Origin: the human T2T-CHM13v2.0 reference genome, Homo sapiens
NCBI RefSeq assembly: GCF_009914755.1
Contig: NC_060941.1
DNA length: 64,000 bases
Direction: 5' to 3' (one strand)
Below are positions 21,208 to 37,145 of this stretch, in pieces. The translations under genes and the position numbers were made by a program. Positions within the stretch are counted from its first letter, which is position 1. Each line of letters opens with the position of its first letter. Under the pieces are notes generated by a model. That model saw nothing but the letters and a program-made list of their open reading frames with translations. It was not told where the DNA came from and searched no databases.

Positions 21208-22239
21208 GTTTTTTATATGATTTTTTATATTCTTGATATTGATCTTTTGAGTTTTGAAAAAGAAAATATTCATCTGAGTCTTCTGTTCCATGAAACTCAA
21301 ACCTCTTTAATTCTTTGTGATCCACTGTTAGCCTCAGTCACTGGCTCTGCAGTTGTTTCCCAAATGTTTGGCTCCTTTTCCCCCTCATAATTACTGTGGG
21401 AATACAGTGTACGTCACTTAAAAAAAATAAGGCACAGCTTTGCTGTTTATTTACCTAGAGCTTTGTGTTTATGTTTGTTGAGTCCAGTGGATGGTGCCTT
21501 GGTGGGTGGATTGCTCATGACAGAGGATGGACAGCAATCTTGGGTCGTGGAGCATTTTGGTGGAGAACACTTGAGGAATCTGCCAAAAGCTAGCAGCTGG
21601 TCAGGCCCAGTTAGTAGGATTCTGTACTAGAATCAGAGAAATCACCAGCCTTCGACCAAATAGGGTCCAAAGCAGGGCTCTGCAGCCAAGTGATAACGGG
21701 ACTTCGCTGTTCTGAACTTCCCCAGCTGTGTAAAGGGGAAAATGGCACCCACTTCAGAGAGAATTGAGAGGATGCAGTGAGATGCTGCATGTCAAATGCT
21801 TCATAAACCATAGTTCTCTTTTCTCTTTCACTTCAGTTATACCTCATGGGAACCACTTCAGAGTGGACTCTTGGAGATCCACAAATGGGGAAGTCAGTGT
21901 AACTTGGGGAGTCCAAGTTCTCACGTTTCTGAAGTCTGCAGTCCCTATTCCTTTTTCACCACCCAGAGGCATCCTCAGACATGAGTTGATAAGTCACGTC
22001 TCCAGGGACTTTTGAGTTCACTTTTTCAAAGTGGAGAAAGGAGTGGTTACTGGTGCAAGCAGCAGACCCTCTGCCTTGTGGCCTCCTGCTTGGAGGTTGG
22101 GGATTCTGGTTTCAGACACAGTCCTTCCTTGGGTTTTACTCATCTGTAAGGGATCCTGCTTGGCACAGCTCTGTTCCAAGAGGTGAGAGCCATCTATGCT
22201 GTTGTTCCCAGTTAATCATCAACAGAACCGTGGCAGAAT

Positions 22240-22465
22240 GGAGACAGGATGAAGACTGTAGGCACTAGAGTCAAACCAGGTGTCTTTGAATCCCAAGTCA
22301 ACTCCTTAGCAGCTAGTTAAGTCATGTTACTTCACTTCCGTGTGCCCCTGTCAAATGAGTATCATGATAGTTCCCACTCATAGGGTACTTGTGAGGATTA
22401 AATGTGTTAAGCCTGAAAAGTGCACAGAATAGAGCTTTGTACACATTTTAGACATTCAGCATGTT
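22240..22465 (+). mobile_element. MIR
   Basis: tcatagggtacttgtgaggattaaatg core. Confidence 0.75.
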
Positions 22466-22475
22466 TTAACACGGC

Positions 22476-22607
22476 CATTGTTTTTCATGTTTTAACAACT
22501 TTACAAATGAAACGCATATTAGAGTTGATGGCATGTTACAATTACAAGTGGCAGCATTTTTTCTTTTTCGGTGGTATAGTTGGTGGCATCTTAGAATCAA
22601 TGAATTA
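22476..22607 (+). mobile_element. MER104-like (Tc2) MITE
   Basis: gatggcatgtt...tggcagcattttttcttt...ggcatcttagaatcaatgaa matches the remembered MER104 consensus. Confidence 0.7.
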
Positions 22608-23999
22608 ATTCAGCATGATATCTCCTTTTGCATAGGATATTGAGATGTACATCATGAGTGCATTTCAGTACTGAATAGTGTTTGCATATCAAATGTGAAC
22701 ACTGAACTGAATTCTGCCAAAGTCAAGTCATTGAATAATAAGCTATTCAGTTGTTCAGGCCTGGAAGGTTGTTTGTTAACTTTTTCCAGGGCACTGGCTG
22801 GCTTCCTAATAATGCAAATGACTTGATAGAACTCTGAAAAGGGAACCATTGAATCTTCTTCCCCTTGGACATCCAGAGCCATCATCTTTATAAAATGGAT
22901 TTCTTACTAAAAATCCCTGGATGCCATCTATCTGATACACCTTCAAGGACAAAGTCTCAGCTAGTATTTTAGTTTTTTTTTTTTTTTAATGTGGGGCAAG
23001 GGGATAATAGGAGCTGAGCTTACAGAAAAGAAGTTAATGATTTCCAATGGACATGATTTCAAAGCAATTTCTGCCTTTTGATGCGCTGAAATCATTGCTT
23101 CCATCTGCTCCCCTACTTGTACACAGGGCTCTGCTTTTTAACCATGCAGTGTGTCAGCTGTTGCCCACCAAATTCTGCACTTGATCTTCTGAGACTGATG
23201 GCGATTCTCTATGAATAATATTAAGCTATTAAATCACATTTAAATCCTATTTCTCCACTAATACCTATTGAAGGCCTGTTTATATTCCATCAGATTTTTA
23301 TGGCCATTTGGTACATAAATTTGTTAAATATAAACTTCATGGAGCTTCATCTGAAAATGTTTCATCTTGTTCCCAGTCCTGTAAAGACATGGTCATAAAT
23401 ACCTTTGGACTATGCAAACCATTATCTAGAGTAATTTTAATTATCTTTAGCTATGCCGATCAGATGATAATAAATAGATGTTGAAAAGCATCAGCAAAAT
23501 GCCATCATGGAAGAGATACTCAGGGGTAAAACCAAATAATTGACCATTTGGTGCTGAAACATTTTATTATCATTCCTACAAAGGTTCAGAAATCTATCAT
23601 GAGATTGGGTTTGTTATGAACTCAACATCACCTTGGTTGGGATGTCAAAACTAGAGTAAATTATTGAAATGAAATATGAAACATATTAAGGAACGTCCTC
23701 GGGAATGAAGGACACTGGAAAGACTGAATTTTCTAGTAACTTAATTTCGATCTATGGGTGAAGCTTTGTTTTCAGCACCCAGCTATATTTGCTTGGAACC
23801 ATCTGGGTCTCTTGGAATAGATAATGTTAAACCAGATACACTAGTTGTACACGTGGTATGTCTTTATTGGGGGCTTTTGGTAACAGTTTAAGATAGAAAA
23901 AAAAGTATTGCTTTAAAAAAAAAGTGATCCTTGGTACTCACGGGTAACAACATTCTGCTTTGGCTAAGAGTTTACGTAACTGCATACTGTTCCCTATTT

Positions 24000-24195
24000 C
24001 TTTGTTGTTGTTGTTGTTTTGTATTTTTGTTGTTATTGTTTTTCTTTTGAGATAGAGTCTCGCTCTGTCGTCCAGGCTGGAGTGCAGTGGCCCGATCTCG
24101 GCTCACTGCAACCTCTGCCTCCTAGGTTCAATCGATTCTCCTGCCTCGGCCTCCTGAGTAGCTGGGATTACAGGTGTGAGCCACCACGCCTGGCT
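24000..24195 (-). mobile_element. AluS-derived monomer (left-arm 5' end fused to right arm)
   Basis: S-type right arm continues directly into acaggtgtgagccaccacgcctggc. Confidence 0.85.
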
Positions 24196-24413
24196 TGAGA
24201 GATGGAAGATCAGACTCGATTTGCTCATGTTGTTCCTAACCTTTATTCTAAACTGATAAAAATGTAAAGTCATCTGATTTCAAGACTGATTGTTCCCTTG
24301 GGTGTTCCTTAATTCCCTAGAGGCCGAGTAAATTCTTATGGTTTAAAGGCTCTTCCCCCTTGCTTTTCTATACTCCCTTGGGTTTGTTTTTAAAATGATA
24401 GTGTTCTGAACCA

Positions 24414-24741
<328 letters not shown>

Positions 24742-24778
24742 TAGTTCCTGACATATCATAGATGTTCAGTAAATATCA

Positions 24779-25100
<322 letters not shown>

Positions 25101-25460
25101 CAGTTATCTTCCTCAATCCCTTTGTGTTAAGTTCCTAGTGGAAATTTGAGAAGTCCTTTATTTTACATTTAAAAGATAGGATGCTTTTAATGGTGCCTTA
25201 ATTCATCGTACAAGAAACATTTGTTAAACATCTATTCGGCACCAGGGGTTGTTAGGCTGGTGGAAGGGACAGGTACTCTCATTGCAAGGCAGTGGGTAGG
25301 CTCTATGGAGAACACATGCTAGAGGGTGAGAATGGGTAGACAGGCAAGATCGTGATGCAGGGAGAGACTGGTAGAGAACACAGGAGATTTTTGCAGTAGA
25401 TCAGATGATAGAGAATGCAGCCCGAGATTTAAAGCAGTGACAGTAGAAATAGAGAGGAGA

Positions 25461-25820
<360 letters not shown>

Positions 25821-26113
25821 CTAGTTAGGATGGAGCAATTAGCTCAGTGGTCTGAGATAATTCAGGTTTTTGTAACGAATGGGTGTTCGTGCTACCAACT
25901 AAGGCGAGGAATTTTTTTTAAGTGGTTTAGGAGATGCCATGGTGCCCCTCACCCCCAAATTCCTATGTTAAAATCCTAATCACCGCAAGGTGATGGCATT
26001 AGGAGGTGAGGCCTTTGAAGGTGCTTAGGTCTTAAGGGCCCCAGAGAGACCCCTTAGGTTTTAAGGGCCCCAGATAGACCCCTTGTCCCTTCTACCATGT
26101 GAGGACACAACTA

Positions 26114-26432
<319 letters not shown>

Positions 26433-26516
26433 CTATCTATGATCCAGGAAGTGGGTCCTCACCTGATGCCAAATCTGCCTCGATCTTGGACTTCTCAGCC
26501 CCCAAAACTATAAGAA

Positions 26517-26520
<4 letters not shown>

Positions 26521-26576
<56 letters not shown>
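26521..26576. repeat. (AT)28 pure microsatellite
   Basis: Read directly; followed by T20. Confidence 0.98.
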
Positions 26577-26593
<17 letters not shown>

Positions 26594-26699
26594 TTTACCA
26601 TGTTGGCCAGGCTGGTCTTGAACTCCTGACTTCAGGTGATCCATCCACCTTGGCCTCCCAGAGTGCTGGGATTACAGGCAAGAGCCACTGTGCCTGGCT
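26577..26699 (-). mobile_element. Alu 5' ~100 nt joined directly to polyA
   Basis: TSD aagaaata at 26512 and 26700. Confidence 0.85.
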
Positions 26700-26775
26700 A
26701 AGAAATAAATTTCTTTTGTTCACACACTACCCAGTTTATGGCATTTTTTAATAGCAGCCCAAACAGACTGAGACA

Positions 26776-27270
26776 CGTGAGGTTGATGAATTCAGTTTTT
26801 GTCCAGTTGAGTTTGAAGTAGTCACGGAAAACTTAGTGAAATAACCGGTAGGGAATTTGGTATATAAATCCAAAGCCGAGACCTAGAGATACAGATTTGG
26901 AAGTCATAAACGTAGTTTTGAAAGCATGAGAACAGAGGATATTACCCAAAGGATACATGAGGGATAAAATGAAAAGAAGGGCAAGGATGGAACCTGGGGG
27001 AATATTGACGTTTAATGGGAGGGAAATGGAAGAGCATCTCATAGAGATGGATGAGAAAGGAGCACTCTGAGAGTTAGGAGAATCGGGATGCCTGGGAGTC
27101 ACAAAGGCCCAGGAAAGTGAGAACACCAAGGAAGAAATTGTCACCAGTAACAGCAACAGAGTTCCGTGAACACAGAATTTAAAAGGTCCTGTGAGAATGA
27201 GCAATAAGGTCACTGGTGACCTTTATGAAAACGAGAGACATGGTGGAGTTAGAAGCCAGCTTGTAGTATC
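26776..27270 (-). mobile_element. L2 fragment
   Basis: gaattcagtttttgtccagttgagtttga, agatacagatttggaagtcat, ggtcactggtgacctt. Confidence 0.7.
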
Positions 27271-28285
27271 CTTTGATGCTTGGCTGTAGAAGGAAGGAAA
27301 AGAATTGGATCAGAAGGGGACTTAGAGTGGAAGGGAGAAGCCTTTGCAAGATTTCCCATCTCTGTGGAAAAGAAGTTCATGTTCGGGTGTATCTCCTCTG
27401 TTCCAAACGCATAGCAGTGACAGATAAAATACAAAGAGAGAAAGCCAAAGTGATATTGCTGGACTCGTGGATCAAAAACTCGGAAGGATGAGGGTAGCCT
27501 GGATTGACTGGAATCTGGGTCTTGGGGTCAGGCAGGTATTGATGTAGGTCTTTTATGGCAATAGGACTAAAAGTACTCAATGCAAGCTGGGCCACCAGAG
27601 CCAGGGTCACTGTTTGAAAAAAGAGGCTGGAGGTAGGCCTCCCCACCCTCTTTTCATTCTTTCAGGTGAAAGGAACCTGAAAAGAATCCCCTGTGTCTGA
27701 TGCCTGGGCCATGGCTTACAGTAGTAGTTCTGCTCTTAGAAGGCAACTGTAAAACCTAGAGATTGGTGTGAGGAGTCAGGGAGTGGAGGTGGAGAAAAAA
27801 AAGCAGCAACAGTGACAATAACAACAAAGCCTCCCACTCAAAAACGACCCCGCAAATCTAACATTAATGAAGACAGCCAAGGTATCAACAGTCAGAATGT
27901 AAATCTACTGCCGAAGAAAATAACTTTGTAGACAGACCTGATTAAAATAGTATATTCGGGCTGCTCAGAGGGAAAAGTAAAGGAATAATGTTCATTTTAA
28001 AAGAATGAGAAATTAGGAACCAAAAAAGAAACAAGAACAGAGGATTTGAAAAAGAACCAGTTTGAAATTCAGGGACTGAATCATTGAAATGAAATCTAAG
28101 TGGATCAGATAAACTAGGCTAGATACAACTGAAGAGATAATTAGTGAATTGGAAGATATTAATAGTATTGAGAAATACAACCCATTTCATAGCACAGAAA
28201 TACAAAGAATTTTTTAAATACATAGTTAAATTAGGGAGAAAGAATGAGAATTGCCATATAGCTAACTCATAGGAGCAGAAAAATA

Positions 28286-28355
28286 TTAGGTTGGTGCAAA
28301 AGTAATTGCGATTTTTGCCATTAGTTTTAATGCAATTACTTTTGCACCAACCATA
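28286..28355. mobile_element. MADE1 (Hsmar1 MITE), palindromic, with a small internal deletion
   Basis: ttaggttggtgcaaaagtaattgc...gcaattacttttgcaccaacc. Confidence 0.92.
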
Positions 28356-28457
28356 CAATGGAGGAAATAACAGAAAAGCAATATTTGAAACAATAAAGGC
28401 TGAGAATTTTCTAGAATTGAAGAGAGACATAAATCCTTACATCAACGTATATTTGAG

Positions 28458-28665
28458 TAATAACAATAATGGTAAACACTTATTTAGCCCTTATGTTCCA
28501 GACCCTCTTCTATATGCTTTCTATGTATTAACTCATTAATCCTCTAATATCCCTTGGATAAGAGTAATTTACATGTGAGTAAACTGGAAAAGAGAGAATG
28601 TGTGTAGTTTGCCCAAGGTCACACAACTGGGTGGTGGGATTTCACCCCAAGCAGCCTGGATACCC
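28458..28665 (-). mobile_element. MIR
   Basis: ttaactcattaatcctc...tttgcccaaggtcacacaact. Confidence 0.75.
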
Positions 28666-29008
28666 TCTAATACTTCTCTAAATCCTAAAGGGATTAAAAA
28701 TAAATCTATACCTGGACACATTGTCATGAAACTGCAGATTATCAAAGATTTTTTTTTAAGAGCTCCTCTAGAGGAAAGACAGATCACGTACAAAGGGACA
28801 ATCCTCATCCTAATAGTGGACTTCTCATTAGCAACAGCTGGTCAATGAAGACAATGAAAGGAGAGATTCTAAAACCCAGGGCAAGGCATAGAACACAAGA
28901 AACAAATGTGGGCCTATCAAATGATACAATGTTATACATTAACTTAACTGTGAAATACTGAGGAAGGAGCTGGTAGGCCAGTGAGTTTGGAGTTACAAGA
29001 GGAAGAGC

Positions 29009-29502
<494 letters not shown>

Positions 29503-30278
29503 TCAGGAAAGAGGGGGCTGAAGGAGGGTAATAAAGGTCAAAGATAACCTTTATGGGAAATGGATGAGAAGCGTCAAAGGATTGCTTGAAAGTCTTGGCA
29601 GTGTGGTGATTTGGGAAATGTTGAATGAGTGGTACCATCAGCCTACATAATTGTGGCGTTTTCCCAGCTGTGCTTTGCAGCCTGCGTGTAGGAGCACAGG
29701 AAATGGTTGAATTGATTCAGGATTTGTCTTCAGGGTAGGTTCAGCAAAGTATGGAAAAATTGAGCAAGTGAAGGTCAAAATGAGCTTTGGAGTCCAGTGA
29801 AGACTCTTGGGAATTGGAGAGCTTGGTGAGGTCAAGGAGAAAGTGTCCTGGGAGTGAGAGTAAGAGAATACAGGTTGGGGTTGGAGCAAAAGTAACTAGA
29901 GCTTTCAGATTTCAGAAGTGGAATAATTCCAGGAGATTCAAGACCCCAGTGGAGCTTGAAGGGAAGTGGTTAGAGGTGGAATGGAGGTGAAGGTCGTTGG
30001 AGGAGAAGGAAAGGAAAAGGAATGAGGAGGCTGGGCCTATAGTGTTGATGGGCTGCCCATGTGGACACTGAAATCATAAAGATGTGGATATAAAGTAGGG
30101 TAAAGTGGAATCCTGGGCATGGTCCAGAGAGTTCATGAAGCCAGGGGTCAGGTGGTCTGTAAATAACAGCAGTCATCATCAATCACCAATGAGGCGTGTG
30201 GCTAGAAAGCAGGGGCCTGGAGGAGGAGGGCCCTGGAAAAGTGCCACTCATTCTACAAGTGACCACTAACCTTGGGAA

Positions 30279-30582
30279 TTTTTTTTTGGTGGTTGGGGGG
30301 ATGGATCTTGCTCTGTCGCCCAGGTTAGAGTGCAGTGGTACAACCTTGGTTCACTGCAACCTCGACCTCCTGGACTCAGGTGATCCTCCTACCTCAGTCT
30401 CCCAAGTAGCTGGAACTACAGGTGCATACCACCATGCCCAGCTAATTTTGATATTTTTTTTTTGTAGAGATGGGGTTTTGCCATGTTTCCCAGGCTGGTC
30501 TCCAACTCCTGGGCTCAAGTGATCCTCTTGCCTCACCCTCCCGTAGTGCTGGGATTACAAGCATGAGCTACCACACCAGGCC
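30279..30582 (-). mobile_element. AluJ
   Basis: Antisense dimer. Confidence 0.92.
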
Positions 30583-31190
30583 CCTGGGTCACCTCTTACA
30601 CCAGAGCCAGTGGGTTCATTTGATCAATCTGAGCAGTACTCACAGGATTCAATTGTCTTCTCACACCTTTTCCCCAGGTTTCAAAGTCAGAGCCACTTGC
30701 TGACTTGAGTGATTATGGCAGGGCCCCATCTAATGGCCTTTTTGCAAAGTACAGCTGGAGCAAGCAGGCTCGCCTGTGCCCCTTTTCTCATCAAAAGCAA
30801 GGCAAAGAGGGTATAGATTAGACTAGCAGGCCCCGGCTAGGAAGTAACATCTTCAAGAGTAAAGAAGTAATCATGATGGCAGCCATGTGGATATTGACTC
30901 ATAATAATGGTGATGGTCAGACGGATATTGGCAGGAATATTTACATGAGCCCAGCATCTTGCCAACCTGTCTTTAGATAGCCACAGTCTCATGAAATCTT
31001 CACAGATATTAATATCCCCATTTTACAACTGACACTGAGGCTTAGTGAGAGCCAGCGGTCTGCACAGCCTCACAGCTAGCAAGTGTCAGATCTAGGACTC
31101 AATTCTAGGTTAGTTTAGCCTTGGAGCACGTGCTCTCATGTAACTAATCTGCTGTCTTTGGCTCTAAAAATGAAATAAGACTGTAGGTAG

Positions 31191-31500
31191 AGCCAGGCGC
31201 GGTGGCTCACACCTGTAATCCCAACACTTTGGGAGGCTGAGGCGGACGAATCATTTGAGGTCAGGAGTTTGAGACCAGCCTGGCCAACAAGGTGAAACCC
31301 TGTCTCTACTAAAAATACAAAAATTAGCTGGGCTTGGTGGTGCATGCTTGTAATCCCAGCTGCTTGGGAGGCTGAGGCAGGAGAATCACTTGAACCAGGG
31401 AGGCAGAGGCTGCAGTAAGCCAAGATCCAAGATGGTGCCACTGCTCCAACCTGGGCAACAGAACGAGACTCTGTCTCATAGATTTAAAAAAAAAAAAAAA
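31191..31500 (+). mobile_element. AluS
   Basis: Dimer with polyA. Confidence 0.93.
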
Positions 31501-31955
31501 ACTGTACATGGAGTCAGCTGCTCTAAAGTCTGGTTGAAAGTTTAAATTTTCACAGTGAGGAAAGGGAAATAAGTCACTCCCATCTTAAAGAAGCATTGTC
31601 AAAGGAATATTTTTCTCCTTCCAAGTTTTACAGGGAGGCAAATATTCTGAAAGGAATTATCGTGGTAATAACATCCCTTACCTGATTTTTTTCAAAAACT
31701 TTTATTACTAGGAATTTTCTCAGATGTAATGCCATATAATGGGTGTTTATCAACTGGAATAGTGAGGGAAAATGGCTTTCCAGCCATGTGTCTAGTTTTT
31801 ACACATCTTCAGACATGGATGGAAGGCAGAGCTGGGTTGCCTCAATTCTGGGTCAAGTCAGCTTCCCCTGGATTAGAAGGGGAGGCTGGTAGGCTAATAG
31901 CAGGATGCTGGTGACATATGAAGGAGGGGTTGTTTCTTATGAAAGCAGATTCTCA

Positions 31956-32720
<765 letters not shown>

Positions 32721-35130
32721 CTATTCCTAGAGCCCTATGTCTGAATAATTTATTTTTCCTATCTCATAGTCCCTATGTGCCTTCCTCAGCTGAGATCAAG
32801 TGCCAAAGGACATCTCAAAATACCCACAGCCAAAACTTCTCAGCATAGCTCCCTGCATGGAGAAGGAGACAGCTCTGCAAGTCTTTGTCCTGAACCGTTT
32901 ACGGATTTTCCATGGTCTGCAAGACCTTGGACTCACGCCGCCTGCCAGCTGGCAGCCGCTGTCCAGCCTGGGAACAGAGCTTGCTCCGGCCTGTGGCGAG
33001 TCCTCCCGGGGCTTATCGTGAATTTCCCCGGTTTTGCATCTTCATCCTGAAAACCTCCCGACCTTTCCTTAATGAAGATTTTAGCTGGGGGAAATTGCAT
33101 TAGTGGCTCGTGTTTTTCTGTCAACCTTCTAAATTATGTTAGTTGTAAGTAAAAAGAGTACAGTAAGTCCTTTTATCCGTTGTGGGCTGTTCCTGGGAAT
33201 CATAATGGACAATAAAATAATAAGTAATGGACAGGAAGATGCTCTTAGAACCAGTTCGGAAAACTCTTCCAGTGCCAGACAGAAACCAGCCACCTGCGCC
33301 GTTATCAGGACATCAAGTGAAGCCAGTAAACACTTGTGGAGCTCCTTTTAAGTCCCAGCACCAAAGAATAATACCTAACACTTCTAGTTAAGAGAGCATC
33401 GTACTGAGTATTATCTCAGTTAATATTCATAACAGCACATAAGTTCAATGCTCAGTTTGCAGATGAGGGAACTGTGGTTGAGAGATGTTTTTAATACACT
33501 GCCCAAGGCCACACAATGAATAGCTGACAAAACTGAGATCTGGGGTCTTTTGATTGTGTGTCTTTCTCTCTCCACACTCCACCTCAGCTGCTCAGAAGCA
33601 GATCCTGGGGCCAGAATGGACCTCTGTAGGAAGCCTCAGAGATGGAAGCTTTCTGCCCTCAACTGGCTGACTGAATTGATGGAACAGTGGGTGATAAGCG
33701 AGGGAATTATTTCGTAGTTTGGTTGAAAAAAAGTCTTCAGCATGTAAATATGTCTTACATAAGTCATGAAAAATGGGACTGAAAGAAATGAGAGACAAGA
33801 GGGAAAAGACAGAAGTATTTTCTTTATCAAACCTTGGGGAAAAGCATCTTTTCCTCAAATACCCAATGCAGTATGTATGGTTTTTGTTGTTATTATTAAG
33901 ACAAGGGACCCTTTTTTTACCCAGACCCAAATTCAACTGCCTTCAAAGAGATGGGACAATGTTCTTAGAGAGTGAAGTTTCGCACTGAAAACCAGCTTTT
34001 CCAAAGAGCTCCAAAGAGCACGTTTAAATTCGGCTAAGTCGGAGACGTTTGCAGATGCAGGCCTGAGACCCCTGGCCCACACTTGGATGACGAGGCGTAA
34101 AGTGAGGACCCTTTGCCTGTAAGGCTGTGTCTCCATCTCAGAAACCTATTTAAAGCCGAACTTTATAATGGAAACACAGCCACAACCTGCTATCAGCAAC
34201 CACGATATTAAACAGGCATAGAGCCAATAGCAGTGGCGTGAAGCCAGCGAGGAAAGATTAGCATCACAAGTAAGAGATTTTAGGCTCAGGGCCAGAAGAG
34301 GGTTTTTTTTTTTCTTCTTCCCTTTTTATTAAAAAATAATAATAAAAAGGGAGAGAGAAAGAAATAAAAAGAGGTGGAAAGGTGCAAAAGAATTCCTGTT
34401 TAGCCACCCTCCCTGAGATTGTTCTCCTTGGTTATCCAGATAAGTACAGAAACAAACCACTGCCTGTCTGAAAACCTGGCAGTCGCTTGACCTTAAAATG
34501 GTCTCTGCAATAACCCTTCCAACCTGCTCCGCTCTCCTGTCCTTGGCTGGCCCATGTGCAGAATGGAGCGTGTGACCTCCAGCACGGGGAAAGTAATAAT
34601 CAGTAAGGTTCATATTTTCCACTTGGAGTTAGAGGAAAGACCATGTGAGCACAACTTTGGGTTGCTATCTTTTTGCCCTGCGCTGCTGTAGGAAGAGACA
34701 TGCAGTGGTTGGAAGTCTCCCTACTGGCAGAGCGTCGTTCCAGCACCCAGTTTGACTTTGTGCAAGATGGTGCTTTTCTGACTACCTCCTCCCTTTAAGC
34801 TGCAGCCTTCTGAAATCTCAGCTTTCAGGAAAGGATGCCAGCCCCAGGAGTTATAGGATGCAGCAGAGCAAAGGTGGCATTTTCCAGGTGAGCTTCGGGA
34901 CTGCCCCCCTTGGGCTCTCCCATCCAGGCCATGCAGTGCTGACTGCCCATAGCTTGACCGCTGCAGATGGACAGGGGGTGCTCTGTTGTAAGCAACTCTC
35001 AGAGGCTAAGTGACGTGCTCAATCTTGCTGCTTGCTCCAAACCAGCACAAGATTTTTTGTAGCCTTCTTTTACACTTCTTATTTGGAAAATTTCAAACCT
35101 ACAGAGAAGTTTGTAAGAAGAGTGCAGTGA

Positions 35131-35572
<442 letters not shown>

Positions 35573-35828
35573 TGACCCTTTACCCTTGAATACTTCATTG
35601 CGCCCTAAGAACAAGGGCTTTCCCTTACGTAACCATCGTGCAGTGCTTAGGTTCTGGAAGCTTAACATTGATACAATACTATTATCTGATAGAGAGGCAT
35701 ATTTACATCTTGCCGATTATCGCAAAATGTTTTTTCAATAGCAAACAAAAACTTTAAGAAATTACTAAATGTCAATTAAAAAAAAAAAACAAAAAAAAAC
35801 AAAAAAAAAAAACCACTTCCTAACTTGC

Positions 35829-35920
35829 CTAGCTACTCAGGAGGCTGAGGCAGGAGAATGGCCTGAGCCCATGTGTTCAAGTCCAACCTGAGCAACATAG
35901 TGAGATTCTATCTCTTAAAA
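35829..35920 (+). mobile_element. FAM/FLAM-like Alu monomer fragment
   Basis: agctactcaggaggctgagg...agcaacatagtgagattc. Confidence 0.7.
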
Positions 35921-36015
35921 GTTAAATCAGTAAATAAATAAACATTCATGATTCATGTTCCAGTAGAGGCTCACACATTGCATTTAATTGTCACTTTCTT
36001 TAGTCTCCTCTTTAA

Positions 36016-36341
<326 letters not shown>

Positions 36342-36377
36342 TGTTTCTCAGCTTTTCTTTGTCTCTCGTGACACTGA

Positions 36378-37145
<768 letters not shown>

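Larger units (their letters stand above)
27950..28860 (+). mobile_element. Old L1M/HAL1-type ORF1 remnant with nested MADE1 and MIR
   Basis: ctagatacaactgaagagataattagtgaattggaagat, ggctgagaattttctagaattga, acacattgtcatgaaactgcaga, gacttctcattagcaaca. Confidence 0.7.

Noticed and set aside
23771-23790. TTCAGCACC (REST left half-site)
   Set aside because: No GGACAG right half at any accepted spacing.
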